This document shows positions 48,301 through 60,864 of a stretch of 64,000 nucleotides of DNA, piece by piece. Both the position numbers and the translations under genes were made by a program. Below the pieces are notes generated by a model that ran no database searches, was not told the DNA's origin, and worked only from the letters and a program-made list of their open reading frames with translations. Where the stretch lies: NCBI RefSeq assembly GCF_000143415.4, contig NW_003314290.1:1160932-1224931 (forward strand), written 5' to 3'. Origin of the DNA: Selaginella moellendorffii. Taxonomy: Eukaryota > Plantae > Lycopodiophyta. How positions within the stretch are numbered: position 1 is the first letter of the stretch; each line of letters begins with the position of its first letter.

Positions 48301-48910
48301 CTGAAGATATCCATCAGCTGCTGCTTCGGCCGCCGCTTGAGCTTTCCCAGCGACTCTCCCACCTTGACTAGGCGGCCGTGCTCGTACTGGGAATCCCCGG
48401 CATCTCGGACGAGCGCGTAGGATCCATCCTGCTTGGGCACCAGGAAGTCGTAGTGATCACCGTGAGGGATCTGGTTGTGGCCACAGTCGTCGTCGTGCTT
48501 GTGCTCGTCCCTGTGCGATGAAGTGAGCTCGTTCCAAGACATGGGGAGAGCCCAGCATGCCTCCTCCACGCACTGCCACCCAAGAGCAAGCCTGTCAATC
48601 GTCCAGCCACGCCAATTCCATACCTGCTCGAGCAGAACATCCTCGGTGGTGTCCCCGTGATGGACATGAGCGTGGACGTGTTGGCTCTCCTTGAGGCAGC
48701 AGCGCTCGGACTCGGGGAGAGGCGCCCAGGTCCCCGTGTGGTGATCCACAAAGCAGATCCTTCCCTTGTCCGGGACTGCCACATACGTGATGGCGTCGCC
48801 CTCGAGGATGAGAAGATGATCGCCCTCCTTGTGCTCCTTGTGCTCCTGGTGCTCCTCCTGTGCACGGGGATGAAATCGCAGAGCGCGGAAAGGAGGTGTA
48901 CCTGATGCAT
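45329..48910 (-). CDS. HMA: P1B-type Zn/Cd-transporting ATPase (HMA2/3/4-like) with an extra His/Cys-rich N-terminal domain and His-rich tail
   Basis: GLCCPSE metal-binding domain, LTGES, CPCALVLSTP, DKTGT, SSHP, GDGINDAPALA. Likely start MHQ| at 48910 with a 44-bp first intron (48901-48858). Confidence 0.95.
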
Positions 48911-49704
48911 GATCGATCGCCCCGACGATACAATGCAGGACGAAGCAAGAATCTCTCTCGCGGTGGTCACGGCGCCGATCGATCCACTGCTCCGATGGAT
49001 GAAACCCTAGCACGTCTTCTTTCCTCCTCTCACCCAAAATCAAAACTCACACCACATTGTGGGAGAGAGGGAAGGCTGTTATATATTTTTGAGGCCATCG
49101 GATCGGCATATGCTGTATCTGGTCCTTCAAAAATATTTGGACCGAAGTGCATTCCTGTATCAGTGGACTTTAATTAAAGTATTGGTAAGTTCCTAAGTAA
49201 GTTCTTGTGGTGCTTGTTCTTTACAGGTGCCGTGTGGCATCGCATCCTAAAATCTGCAATAAAGCCACGCAAGAAGTCTAGATTACGTGTCAACTATAAA
49301 TGAAATCGTAAATTTGGAATTTGTCAGCAAACGTTGTCAATATCCTTAACGTGTAGTAAAAAGCAAAACACCAGGTGGCGGCTTCAGTTTGGGTAACAGT
49401 GCTAAAATCTGGGCATTTTCCTATTGGGGTGTTGAAAGTAATGTTCTAATATTTTTCTGAGTTTAGAATTTGTGATTTAGAAAAGTAAAAATAAATCAGC
49501 TTGCAAGCACCGCTTTTTTGAAAACGCTGAATTATTTCCAAAGTTTCTTTGATGAACCGGACTCCTCACGACCCTGCCATTTTGGAACTCACTCAAGACA
49601 TAAGATTACGCACTGCTTTTACTGAGACATTATCTAAACTCACGCAACAATCCTCTCTCATGGAGATGCTTGGACTAGTGGGATCGTGCATTGTTTCTTC
49701 GTGC

Positions 49705-50514
49705 TCAATCCACAGGAACTTCCACCTCCATTTTAAGATTTGCCTTGACAAGCACCTAGGCGGCACAAAGGCGGCAAAGCTATGTGAACTTAAGAAGCTT
49801 GGGTACTTACCTTCACGAAGTCTTCGTAAGTGAGCATGCAGCCAGATGAGAACCCTGCTTGATCCAGCGCTTGGATCACGACTTGCTAGGCAAACAGGAG
49901 AAAGCTGAGTAAAGTGAAACGACAGAGAAGGAAGCGCTTGCTTTTACCTCTCGCTGCTTCTCGGTGAGGAAAGAACCAGAAAGATCACGAAGGACCCCCA
50001 ATATGTCACTTGTTGTCACTTTCCCATCGCCATCGGAATCATACACCTTAAAAATGACTGAAAAAGGAACACCATAAGGCGATGGGAAAAGCGGAAGGAG
50101 GTCCTTACACTCCATCTTCTCCTTGAAGCTGGCTCGGGGACTGAATGCCGACAGCAGCAGCACAAATTCCTTGAAATTCACGCCCTCGAGTATCCTGAGG
50201 AGCCTCTGGAAAAATCAAAAGCATGGTGGAGATCACGAAAAAGCTAGAAAGAGCCATTCACCTGAGCAAGAGGATTCAATGCAAACTCGGGAACTGCCAT
50301 GAACTCGTCCTCGAGGATGAAGCCTTTGCCAGAGCGATCCAAAATGCAAAACCTTTCGTACAAAGAGATGATTTCTCTCTGCGAGACTGGAGAGAAAAAA
50401 GACATTATTTCTGGAGCCCAGCTAATTGATCGAAGAACACTTACAGATTCCTTTGCAGTGGCTCTGGACCTCCTCAATATCGTACTGCGTGAGCATGGAC
50501 GATGTGTTGCCCAT
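49705..50514 (-). CDS. Calcineurin B-like EF-hand protein, N-myristoylation-type start
   Basis: MGNTSSMLTQYDIEEVQ..FSQREIISLYERFCILDRSGKGFI..PEFALNPL..FKVYDSDGDGKV..MEVEVPVD*. Confidence 0.92.
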
Positions 50515-50580
50515 TTTTTGTCCCTTCCTCACCAATGCATTGCTGAAGAACCCTAAAGGAAAACATAAAAGAGAAAAAAA

Positions 50581-51354
50581 ATGAGAGGAGCGGAAGAAGC
50601 GAGGAGAAACTACCCAACTTCCAAGGCGCTCAAGGTTTGCATCGTTGGTCCAAAATGCAGCGGCAAGACGGCGTTGGCGAGGGCCCTGGCTGGAGCGCCA
50701 TGGGAATCTGGGCGACGATACACACCCACCGTGGGAGTCAGGTACAGAAAAACCGTGCTGATCGAGAGCTTACCGTGACTTGTTTCGTTCTTCCTTAGAA
50801 TCCAGGAAGTCTCGATCAATAAAAACACAACTTTGGAGCTCTGGGACTGTTCTGGAGACGCAAGGTAATCCTCGTCACCCTGCAAACTTACTTTCAGTCT
50901 GATTGCTTTTTTGTGTGTAGATATGAAGCTTACCATCCAGCAGTAGCCAGCAACGCAGAAGGGCTTATCCTTGTTTACACCTTGTCCCAACCAAAGCAGA
51001 AGCTAGAACTGGAGAAATGGTAGTTTACACGTCAAACGAATTATGCAACTGAAACATGTAACAGGTACCACGATTTCGCTGCTGCAAACCATCTGCCAGC
51101 GTCCGTGTGTCAGATAATCGGCGTTGATACGGGAGTGAACAATTCCAAAGCATCTGGTAAGGCATCTGGTAAGATATCAGTGCACTCTCAAACTCAAACT
51201 CTACAACAAGTACCTTGCAGCGATGGAAGGCCGGCTTGCGGCTCTTCCACACATGGTATTGGTGCTCAAGAATCCAGAGGCAAATGCGCAGCTGCTCCAT
51301 GTACTGGATGGCCTCCTGCAGAACATTCTTAAACGCAAGAGATCCCAGGAATGA
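50581..51354 (+). CDS. IFT22: Intraflagellar transport protein 22 (RABL5-like atypical small GTPase)
   Basis: KVCIVGPKCSGKT, YTPTVGVR|IQE, ELWDCSGD, PAV..AEGLILVY..ELEKWY; no NKxD seen. 3' exon structure approximate. Confidence 0.8.
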
Positions 51355-51419
51355 AGTCGAGAATCGAGAAAGAGAGAGTCGTTAATTACAGCGCCGGATA
51401 CAAGTGTTAGAACCAGTCA

Positions 51420-53791
51420 CGGAAGGAATGTAGCTACGCACGCACATATACGGTGAAACCTTTGATATCCGGCAGGAAGAGAGTAAATTGCGGTGTTTAA
51501 GTCCTCCTCTGTAATAACACTCTGTGTTCTCCTTGTCGAGTCCACAAGTACCTCACAAGGCATGATGGCTTTTGGATATTGCCCACTGAGAGACACAGAA
51601 CATCAATTTTAAAAACATGCTAAGAAGAGCTTACTTGCAGAGTGATTGCAACGAGAAAACGAGTGTTATCTTCAGGCGCAATCTATAGTTCATGAAGTCG
51701 CATTGCAAACATATCCCGTGGTCTGAAAAATGGAGGATTCATAAAATGAGTTTAATAGAATAAGCAAACGAACCTTTATTAAGCGTGAAAAGAACCGAAT
51801 CCAAGCACCGATGATGTGCTCGACAATCTCTAGCCTCCGTGGCGACTTGGATCAAGTTCGTAACCAGATCGCTGCTTTGCTATAACAATTAAAAAGACAA
51901 TGAGAAAAACACACAGAGTGAATCAAATCAACCCATACTTGCATGGCTGCTGGAAGGTTTTTAAGCTGCTTAACTCGGTGCTTCTCAGCAGGTAGCAACG
52001 ACTGAAACAGAAGCGCCGAATTCATACGAGGAAATCCCTGTAAAACTTTCATCCATGTGAGTAAAGAACGTTGAAACCGCAAGTCCAAATAACCTTTTCA
52101 ATGAAGTTCAAATGAGGTGTTAATTGGATCCACGCAGAGGAAGCTGATCCCTTTCCTTCAATGGTTATGCTGTTGCAGTCTTTAGCATGAGCAGGAAAAA
52201 AACGCTACGAAATAATACCTTTGGTTCACCCTGTAGCCGTGGCTTATATCAAGCTTATAACTGTCTCGCTCGCTGACGAGTCGGGTAATGTGCCAGCCCT
52301 GTTATGAAGCACTAAGAAAAAAAAACTCTTTATACAGTAGATCTAACCTGTATTTTGTGAATCATTCGACGTTTGAAGTGCTCCGTCTTGCACGACTCCG
52401 ACGTCAGTGAAAAAACTCGTTTCCGATCTTCCAGTTCTTTCATGGTTGCTTTCAGTTGTTCGTTCTTATCGTGCATTTCCTGTAAACATTTTTTTTCAGA
52501 AGAAGTCGAAAAGCTAGCAGAAGACAATACCTGGAGTTCGCTTCGCAACTCAGCAAGTTCCTTCTCCTGGTCGACAGCGGGCAACTGGGAATTGATTTGG
52601 ATGTTACGGCTCGCCACAGCGGAAGGATCTTGAAGAGGAACTTGAGCTGTAACCGTACCCTTGAGCTCTTCCGGCGCTATTGACGTCGGAAACGGTGGAC
52701 TCGAAGGCACTTGAGGAGTGACAGTGATGTCTTGGTGTTGCTCTGGTGCGGTTGCTTTTACAGGAGATAATGTACGTGCAGTCACTTGGGGTGTTACCGT
52801 GATGTCTTGGAGCCTCTTCGGTGTGATGGATCTCTCAGGAATTGGTGAACTTTGAGGTAGAGTGATGCCTTCGAGCTTCTTCGCTGTGATTGCCTTCGCA
52901 GGTGATGATGGACTTGGACTTGAAAGTACTTGAGGTACCATGATATCCTGGAGCTTCTTCGGTGGGATTGCTCTCGCAGGAGATGATGGACTCGAAGTGA
53001 CTTGTGGTACAGTGATGTCCTGGAGCTTCTTCGGTGGGACGGACCTCGCTGAAGATAGTGGACTCCTGTTTTCCTTCCCCTTGAAACGAGGAGAAGCTCT
53101 GAAAACTCTCCGACGCTTTTGAGCCAGTGCCCCAGCGTCAACCATCTCCGTGTACTGCATTGACAGTGTCCGATCGAGAGAAACTGGCGGCGAATCTGTT
53201 GGCACTGCCTCTGGTGGTCTTCGAGGATTTTGCACCGTGAAGCTCATATCACTTTCCAGTGATCCGGGACGCCTGGAGACCTCCTCTGCTCCAGCCGCTG
53301 TGTCATCGTCGTTGAATCGACAAAGTTTAGCTGAAAACGTTGTGCTATCCAAGGTGATATCGTCCTCGAGCGAAGGAGATCCCAGGTTGGCTTGAACGAT
53401 GTGATTGATATCAACTGGGCCAGCAGCCTCCTCATCATCCTCAGATCTACATTCATTGTAGAGCGTCAGGTTTTTTCTTCCTAGAAAGCAAACAAACTTA
53501 CGCGGCGTTGGCAATGGGATTTTGGTCTGTGGAGTCCAGAGATTGGCTCCTAGCGGCAAGCCTTGGAGATTTGCGTAGAGGCTGAGAGGCCACCTCCACT
53601 ACTCCTCCAGGAGGAGTTGCGTACTCATCGTCCCTTGGAAAGACATGGACCGTCTGAATCTCGGCGAAGCTTACTCGTCTGGCCGAAGAACGCCTCTTCT
53701 TCCTCCGGGGAATCGTCGTGTCGTCCTCGAAAACGTCCAGCGTCGGCGTTTCACCGAAGCGTAGCGCCAGATCGAGCGCGGCGGCTGCCAT
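51420..53791 (-). CDS. KNL1: Kinetochore scaffold KNL1/Spc105
   Basis: RRVSFAEIQTVHVFPRDDEYATPP (PP1-binding RVSF), DDITLDSTTFS, coiled coil and a multi-exon C-terminal domain; 3' end approximate. Confidence 0.82.
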
Positions 53792-53929
53792 TCTCGGCTA
53801 CTCCTATTTATTTACCTCGATCTCTGCAGCGGCATTCCGCGCCTCTCCAACGATCCCACAAACCCTAGCCTCCCCATTTCAAAATTTCCCAACGTCTCTC
53901 TTTTTCTTGATCCAATGGCTGTAACCTTA

Positions 53930-54008
53930 GTGACGTGTCAAGCATCGGGAGTGCCACGTGGTGCATGGAGGTCTGACGCGTTGAGTACTTGGCCGCCGCC
54001 ACGTTGGA
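53930..54008. promoter_or_regulatory. G-box/ABRE cluster in the KNL1/HIG1 divergent promoter
   Basis: TGACGTGTC (53931), GCCACGTGG (53953) and CCACGTTGG (~53999) within 80 bp. Confidence 0.4.
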
Positions 54009-54113
54009 AGCGAATGGCTGCTAGGTCTCGTTTTTGGCAATTCCAGTGGTTACTTCGCGACCGGCTCTGTTCATCGATTGATTTAAAAGGAGCTGGAGAA
54101 TCAAGGGGAGCGC

Positions 54114-54542
54114 ATGGCTTCATTGACGATGTCTCGCGGCGAAGAATCCATTTCCAGCGGCAGTGGCGGTAGCACTGTGAGCCGGGTTAGCTCCTGGGTG
54201 CGCGAGAACAAGCTCAAGACGATCGGTAAGAGCAGTGCGTTGTCTCATCGATGACGATCCAATCGATTATCTCCAGGTACTTTTTGGGGCACCACGCTCG
54301 GCTCCTCGATCTTGTGGAATCTGTCCAAGCCACACGAGAAATTGAGTCTCAAGTTGCTCCACGCCAGGTAAGAGCTCGATCGATCGCAAGAAAGAAGAAA
54401 TGTAATCGAATCTTTGCTGCGATTCAGGGTCCACGCGCAAGGAGTGACGCTTATGGCATTAGCCGGAGCTGGATTTCTCGAGTACTTGGATCGCCGCGAG
54501 AAGAATAACCTCAAGCTAGCGGCAGCAGCACAAAAGCATTAG
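54114..54542 (+). CDS. HIG1-domain (hypoxia-induced / RCF1-like) mitochondrial membrane protein
   Basis: Three exons: SWVRENKLKTIG|TFWGTTLGSSILWN..LSLKLLHAR|VHAQGVTLMALAGAGFLEY. Confidence 0.88.
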
Positions 54543-55272
54543 CTTCTTCGTTTTAGGGTTCTTCCTTGGAGAATATTCCGTCGGCTTGCGAAAGTAGCAG
54601 AATCGTCTCTCGCACAATTTTCTCCGTTAGAAACGATTCTCTTATGCCATGTGTTAGAATATTCGCCCAGTGTAAAGAGTATATTTAAGCCCAACAGAAG
54701 AACCGTTCGCGCGCTTAAAAATCCGGGCGTGCGAACGACGTGTTGTTATTGCCTTGGCAGTCGTGGTTAGTTTAATGGACCGGAGGTTCCTGCGAATCAT
54801 TGACCGATGCGTGGGACCGGTCCTTCCCGACGTGCCGGTTCTTGCAAGGCACGACCCTCCATCGATCATAAAAACCTCCTTGGTGACATGGCCACAATGC
54901 GAGCCAGCCGTGGAGCCAATAGCACGCTGACGTATCAGCAGGCTGCCACGTGGAAGCTTTCGAGTGGCTTGTGGCTCCGAAAGCAAGCAAGGTTTGGCGC
55001 TATGGCGGAGCTCTAGGCTTAAGAGCGATCTTTCCGGCAGGGTAAAATATTTGTCCTTGGGATCGAGAGATTTCGGGGAGGATCGAGCGAGCTGCTGGCG
55101 CGGCGATCAATCACCAGGCGCGTCCGCTAGGTCTGGATTTTGAGCTGTGATGTGGAGTTCTTGGGACCTGCATTGGATCGAGCTTGGCAGATTCCCAGTG
55201 AATCACGGCTTCTGTCCAAGATTCTAGCCCTGGAGCGCAGAGTGATGGCTAGGCGTCGAGAATGAGGCCGCG

Positions 55273-57504
55273 ATGGCGAGATTGGGGAGCATCATCGAGG
55301 GTGTGTATGCATCTGGAGCTGCTGCTGACAACGGCTGGAGATCAAAGTCGAAAGATCACGCGCCCGGTGGAGGTAGAGGCATTTCCTTCTAGTTTTCGTA
55401 CTCCCTGATCGTTGTTTCTTCGCTTCCTTGTCCCAGCGGCGGCGGAGCGTATGAAGGCATTGCATATCAATGCCTACTTCGGCGCCGGGGAGAAGCATCC
55501 AAACGCTCTTCGCGATGACCGGCTCGAGTACCCAAGCACTAGCTCCAGCGCGAGCTTGGATTTCGACGACGATGGTGGCTATAGTCCGAGGGAGCCATTC
55601 TGGCACCCCGAAGAGAAGCAAGCTCCCAGTGGAGTGTCTCCGGGGTGGCCTTTGAAGCACGAGGGCATGGTGTCCAAGCCATTCTCGGGCACAAAGCAAG
55701 GAACGCGTATGTGGGAGGAGAAAAGAGAGAAGAGGGAGACTGAGGCCTCTGGTAAGCTTTTTTTTTTCCTCTTTCATGCGCAGAACACCTCGAGATGCTC
55801 GTTTGCAGAAGTGGAGATGATGAAGGAGAGGTTCGCGAGATTATTGCTGGGCGAGGATATGTCTGGAGGCAGTAAAGGTGTGTGCACTGCACTGGCGATC
55901 TCGAATGCCATCACGAACCTTTCTGGTGTGTGTCTTTTCTTTTTTTCCTTCTTTTTTCGTATGCGGAGGCTGATTGATTGGTATTGTCACAGCATCCGTG
56001 TTTGGAGAGCTTTGGAGGTTGGAGCCTCTATCCGTGGAGAAGAAGAAAATGTGGCGAAGAGAGATGGAATGGATACTGTCTGTTACCGATCACATCGTCG
56101 AGCTCGTTCCGACTTGGCAGACATTTCCGGACGGCAGTAGTGTTGAGGTGTGTTTGCTGTTCTTGACGTGTGACGGCGTAAGATCCGGATCTTTGTTTGC
56201 AGGTTATGGTCAGTAATCCCCGGGCAGATCTACACATAAATCTACCAGCCTTGCGGAAACTTGATATGATGTTACTGGTAACGAGCTTGTTTTAGTTTGA
56301 TCGGCAGCTGCTTATAACTAATTCTTCCATACAGGAATGTCTGGATGGTTTCTCAAAGACTGAGTTTTGGTATGTCGACCAGAGTGTCGCTATGTCTGAA
56401 GCGGAAGAGCAAGGCACTCCAAGGAAATCGCTACCGAGGCAAGAAGAAAAATGGTGGCTGCCTACGCCAAGAGTTCCCGCTAATGGTCTGTCCGCCGAGT
56501 CGAAGAAGCGCCTGCAACATCAGAAGGACAGTATTAATCAGGTCTTGAAAGCTTCAATGGCCATTAACGCACAGGTACTTTCCGAAATGGACGTGCCTGA
56601 GGTGTATTGGGAATCTCTTCCAAAGGTAAGCGTCCTCAATTGGAGTTCGCAAATGTAAATGTTTGTGTTTTTTCTTGCAGAATGGGAGATCAAGCTTAGG
56701 CGAAGGTTTCTATCGCTGCCTATCTTTCGAGCAATTCTCTCCTGAAGCTCTGCTGGCCACGCTGACCATGGCATCCGAGCACCACATTCTGGAGATCGCC
56801 AACCGCGTGGAAGCCGCTATTCATACGTGGAAACGGAAAGTAAGCTCGAGGCATCCTCATACCGATGGAAAGCCCAATGCCAGATCTTCCTGGGGTGGAC
56901 TTATGAAGGACTTGGTCGGAGACGGCGACCGGCGAGAGATCTTAATTGCCAGAGCCGAAACTCTCCTGCTTTGCTTAAAGCATAAGTTCCCGGGACTACC
57001 GCAAACTCTCTTGGACATTCACAAGATCCAGTATAACAAGGTACGCGGCAAGCACATGCTTTTGGTGACGGGCCAATGTTCCTTCTGCAGGACGTCGGAC
57101 AGTCCATCCTGGAAAGCTATTCTCGTGTTTTGGAAAGCTTGGCGTTCAGCATTATATCGCGTATAGATGACGTCCTCCACATTGATGAGCTTGCAATGAC
57201 CGCCGATCCAACACCAGCCGAGGATCCAGCACCAAAGATATTTCCCGCGGCTTTAAGCAAGATACCTCCGATTAGAACATCGATTCCTGACACCAAAGGC
57301 TTCGGGGATTTCATCAAGGCACCACCGCCAGCAGAAGCAGCTTCGCCCAAGTTCGATCTCCCTGGCAAAGACGAGACCGGATTGAGCCTCACAGCAACGT
57401 CGCCATCGCCAAAGTTTGATCGTCCCAGGAAGCCAGAGCCACTCAAGAACTTCTCTTATGCCCGGCATCTCGAGAGCGTGCACAGTCCTCCGGGAAGAGA
57501 CTAG
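55273..57504 (+). CDS. ROPGEF: Rop guanine nucleotide exchange factor (PRONE domain)
   Basis: [74 protein letters not shown]-terminal SPPGRD. Confidence 0.97.
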
Positions 57505-57618
57505 GAGGAAGGGGGTGAAGGAGGCAGGATAGATTCCTTGGTAGAGTAGAACAAGGACCACTTACAGATACGTCCGGACGATTTATTTACATCACAAGCT
57601 CGTGCGAGTTGGCATCTT

Positions 57619-58502
57619 CTACGTCACGCAGTGCGGGTGTCCTATGTGAGGGACGTGCCTGAGATCCTCGGACACCGATCCATAGTCGAAGTAAGGCCGG
57701 CACTCCAAGTTGTCATCATACTCCCACGCGAACTCGGGGACTTCGAGCTGGTCGGAATCGATGTAGCTCCACATAAACTCGATCCGGGGGACGTAATTCA
57801 CCTTCGCATAGAAGCTGTGGCACAGGAAGATCACGAAGTTAAGCTTGTGGAACAGGAAAAGAGCTACTTTCGAGATGGAGGAAAGATGAAAAGGGGGGAT
57901 ACAGAGGATTTTGCATTTTGCTCACCCTTCGCTGAGGAACATCCGGCCGAGAGTAGCGAGGAGAAGCCTGGATTGGAGCCCCGGGTGGACGAAGTAGATG
58001 GCGTCGATCCCGTGCTTGGACTCCGGTGGCAGCGATTCGTAGAGCCATCTGAGAGTGAGCAAGCCGGGATTGTTGACGCTGTTCTCGACGCCGGTGTGGA
58101 AGTAGACGACAACGAAGGAAGAGCCACCGGCCTCCACGCTCAGGAACTTGAGCTTGTGGAGAATGTAGGCGTGGAGCTTGTCCTTGCTAAAGGCAGCGGC
58201 TGGAAAGCACGATGGTCAGAACAACCCGAGACGAGCAAAGAGGAGGAGATCTCCAAAGTACCTGGGAAGAACTTGCCAACGATGCGAACGATCCTCCGCC
58301 CCTGCCGGTCGACTCCATCGAACTTGAGGAAGTCGAGCTTGTCAAACTCCGCAGCCTCTTCACTCGTCGGCTCCATACAGCTCGTCTTCTCGCCTTTACG
58401 AGGACTGGCAGGCGCCTGGCCCTCGTTGATGTGCCTCAGCACCCAACCGGTCATTGCCAGCGGCTCTTCGCCAATCAAGTTACAAGCTGGAATGTTGAAC
58501 AT
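57619..58502 (-). CDS. CRAL-TRIO/BCH (Sec14-like, GDAP2/RhoGAP1-type) domain protein
   Basis: GVDRQGRRIVRIVGKFFP, VVYFHTGV..N.PGL, IYFVHPGLQSRL, KVNYVPRIEFMW..PEF..YD..LE.RP..DYG. Confidence 0.88.
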
Positions 58503-58746
58503 CTTATCTACTCAAGACACCTTGAAGATGGATCGAAAGATCAGTGGGGAGCCAAGAGGCGGATAAGATCAGCTTATCTATCCACAGGTCGAGGCCGGGA
58601 AGGAGGAAAAAAAAAATTCGAGAAGGAAAAGAAAGAAATCAAGCGGAATATCACGACTGGGGACTATTTAGTGGCAGAATGACGTCCTTATCCATGATTC
58701 CCTGTCCAGGGCGAGATATTCCAGAGCTTTAAAGTTGGCTTACCTG

Positions 58747-60719
58747 TCAGTGCGGGGCCAGGGATGGTGGATTTTTTGATACCGTGTCTCGCAACGTGGC
58801 CTCCTGTTCGAGCAGATTCCTCGGAAGAGTGTCGTATACGTCCGTGAAGAGCTCGGACAATGGAGGTTTGTTCTTCTTCTCGGCTTGGTTCATTGCACTA
58901 ATCACCTGTTTTTTTTTCGTATTTTTTGTGTAGAAGAAGCGATGTTGATGGTTGCTTGCGAAGAAATTCAATGTACCTCTTTTCGCGCCGCTCCTCGGAG
59001 TTCCTTCTCGTCCTCGACACTCCACCAAGCGTTGCTCTCAAGCCATCTCCGGAAGCGCAGGACCGGGTCGCGGACGCTTCTCCAGTGCGCAATCTCTTCT
59101 CCGCTCCGGTACTTTGTGGAGTCGTCGGACGTGGAGTGGTGCCCGACGCGATAAGTCATTGCCTGAGATGCTCGAAAGCGACGCTGAGTTATAGAATATG
59201 GTCCCTAGAAAGAAAGGCATGTTGCTCAGAGAATACCTCGATAAGGACGGGTTTGCTTTGTTCCACTGCGAGCTTGCGAGCTGCGCTTACGGCTTTGAAG
59301 ACTGCCAGCGCGTCGTTTCCGTCAACTCTGATACTCGTCATGCCATAGCCTCGGCCCCTCACCACTATTCCATCGCCTGGAGCATCAAAGTTTCAAGAAA
59401 AGAAAGAAATATTGTGAAGTTGTCAAAACAAACGCTAGCAATTGGATCGCGTGCTTGCCTTTGTATTGCTCGCATGCTGGTGTGCTTATTGCATAGCCAT
59501 TGTTCCTGCATACAAACAGGACGGGAGCTTCTAGCACCGCCGCGAAGTTACAAGCAGCATGGAAATCACCCTGTGGGAAAAGAAAATGGGTTCAAGAGAT
59601 CAATAAAGCTATTGTGTGCGAGTTATTCTACCTCGCTCGATCCACCGTCACCGAAGTAGGTCACGGCACACGCATTTTTCCTGTCCATTTTCAGTCCATA
59701 AGCTGCTCCTACGGCGTGAGGAAGTTGCGTCCTGAATCACAGAGAAAAATGACAGAGTCAATCAATAGAGGAAAAAGAACGAGAAGAATTACATACGCTA
59801 TGGGTGACGAAATTGTGAAGTAATTAAGTTTTTCCGAGCCGTAGTGAATCGGCATTTGCCTACCTTTCCCGTGCCCATCTTCGTTGCTAAAGCACTGGTT
59901 GGCAAACTCGTCAAGCGTAAAACCCCTCCACATTAGCACGCCATGCTCTCTATACTGCCGAGCCAAAGAAGAAGAAACAAGAAAAATCAGCAAACAAAGC
60001 TATGGTGGCAACACAAAAACAAGCGATTTGTTTTTCTATCCTCCAAGAATCTAATCCTCACCTGGGGAAAGACAACGTCGTCTTTTGTCAAAGCTGCCGC
60101 GGATGCAACGTTGAGCGCTTCCTCGCCTATGTTAGTCAAGTAGAAAGAAATCCGGCCTTGCCTTTGAGCCTCGTAGAAAATGCTGTCAAAGGTTTGCAAT
60201 CGTACCATGGTGTGGTACATCTTCACCGCCAAAGAAGAATCGATCTGGAACCAAAATGAAACCAATCATTCATACCAAACTATCAAAAACTCTATGTTTC
60301 TCCACCCACCAAACCAATCGTCCAATCCAAACTACAAGAAATTTCTTCCCCACATACCTCAGGGATGTCGGATCCGTCGAGAGCACGCCCTAGATCGTCG
60401 AGAATCCGGAAGCACGGCACGGCCTCGGCCGCATTGGGCGAGATAAACTCCATCCTCGAGGTGAATGCGGCCTTAGCGCCTGGAAAATCCAGCATCTGCC
60501 CCGAAATATCACAGATTTTCAATCTCCATCGCCATGGAATTCGCGAACCTGATCGTCGGGGCGATGATCGGCCCCGGAGTTGACCGCCTGATCCGCCGCT
60601 GCTGCATCCGTGCCGTGCCGCCGCCGCCGCGAATTGGATTCGTAGAGCGATCGATAGCTCCCGGAAGCGCGGAGGAAGCGCTTTGGCGCTCCGCGGAGGA
60701 GGAGAGGGAGAACTCCCAT
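58747..60719 (-). CDS. Branched-chain 2-oxo acid dehydrogenase E1 alpha subunit, mitochondrial
   Basis: [56 protein letters not shown]. Confidence 0.96.
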
Positions 60720-60864
60720 TTTCTTGTTGGATCATACAAAACCACGAGGTGTCATCTCTATCAGGTATATTCCAAAGCTATAAAATCGATTCGGTCAGGT
60801 ATATTCCAAGAATGTAAAAAAGATTCGATTTAGGTCAGGGCAATATTTTTAGGGCTCTTGAGCG

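Noticed and set aside
5600-58502. Macro domain gene and CRAL-TRIO gene as a split GDAP2
   Set aside because: About 50 kb apart, on opposite strands, each a complete member of its own stand-alone plant family.
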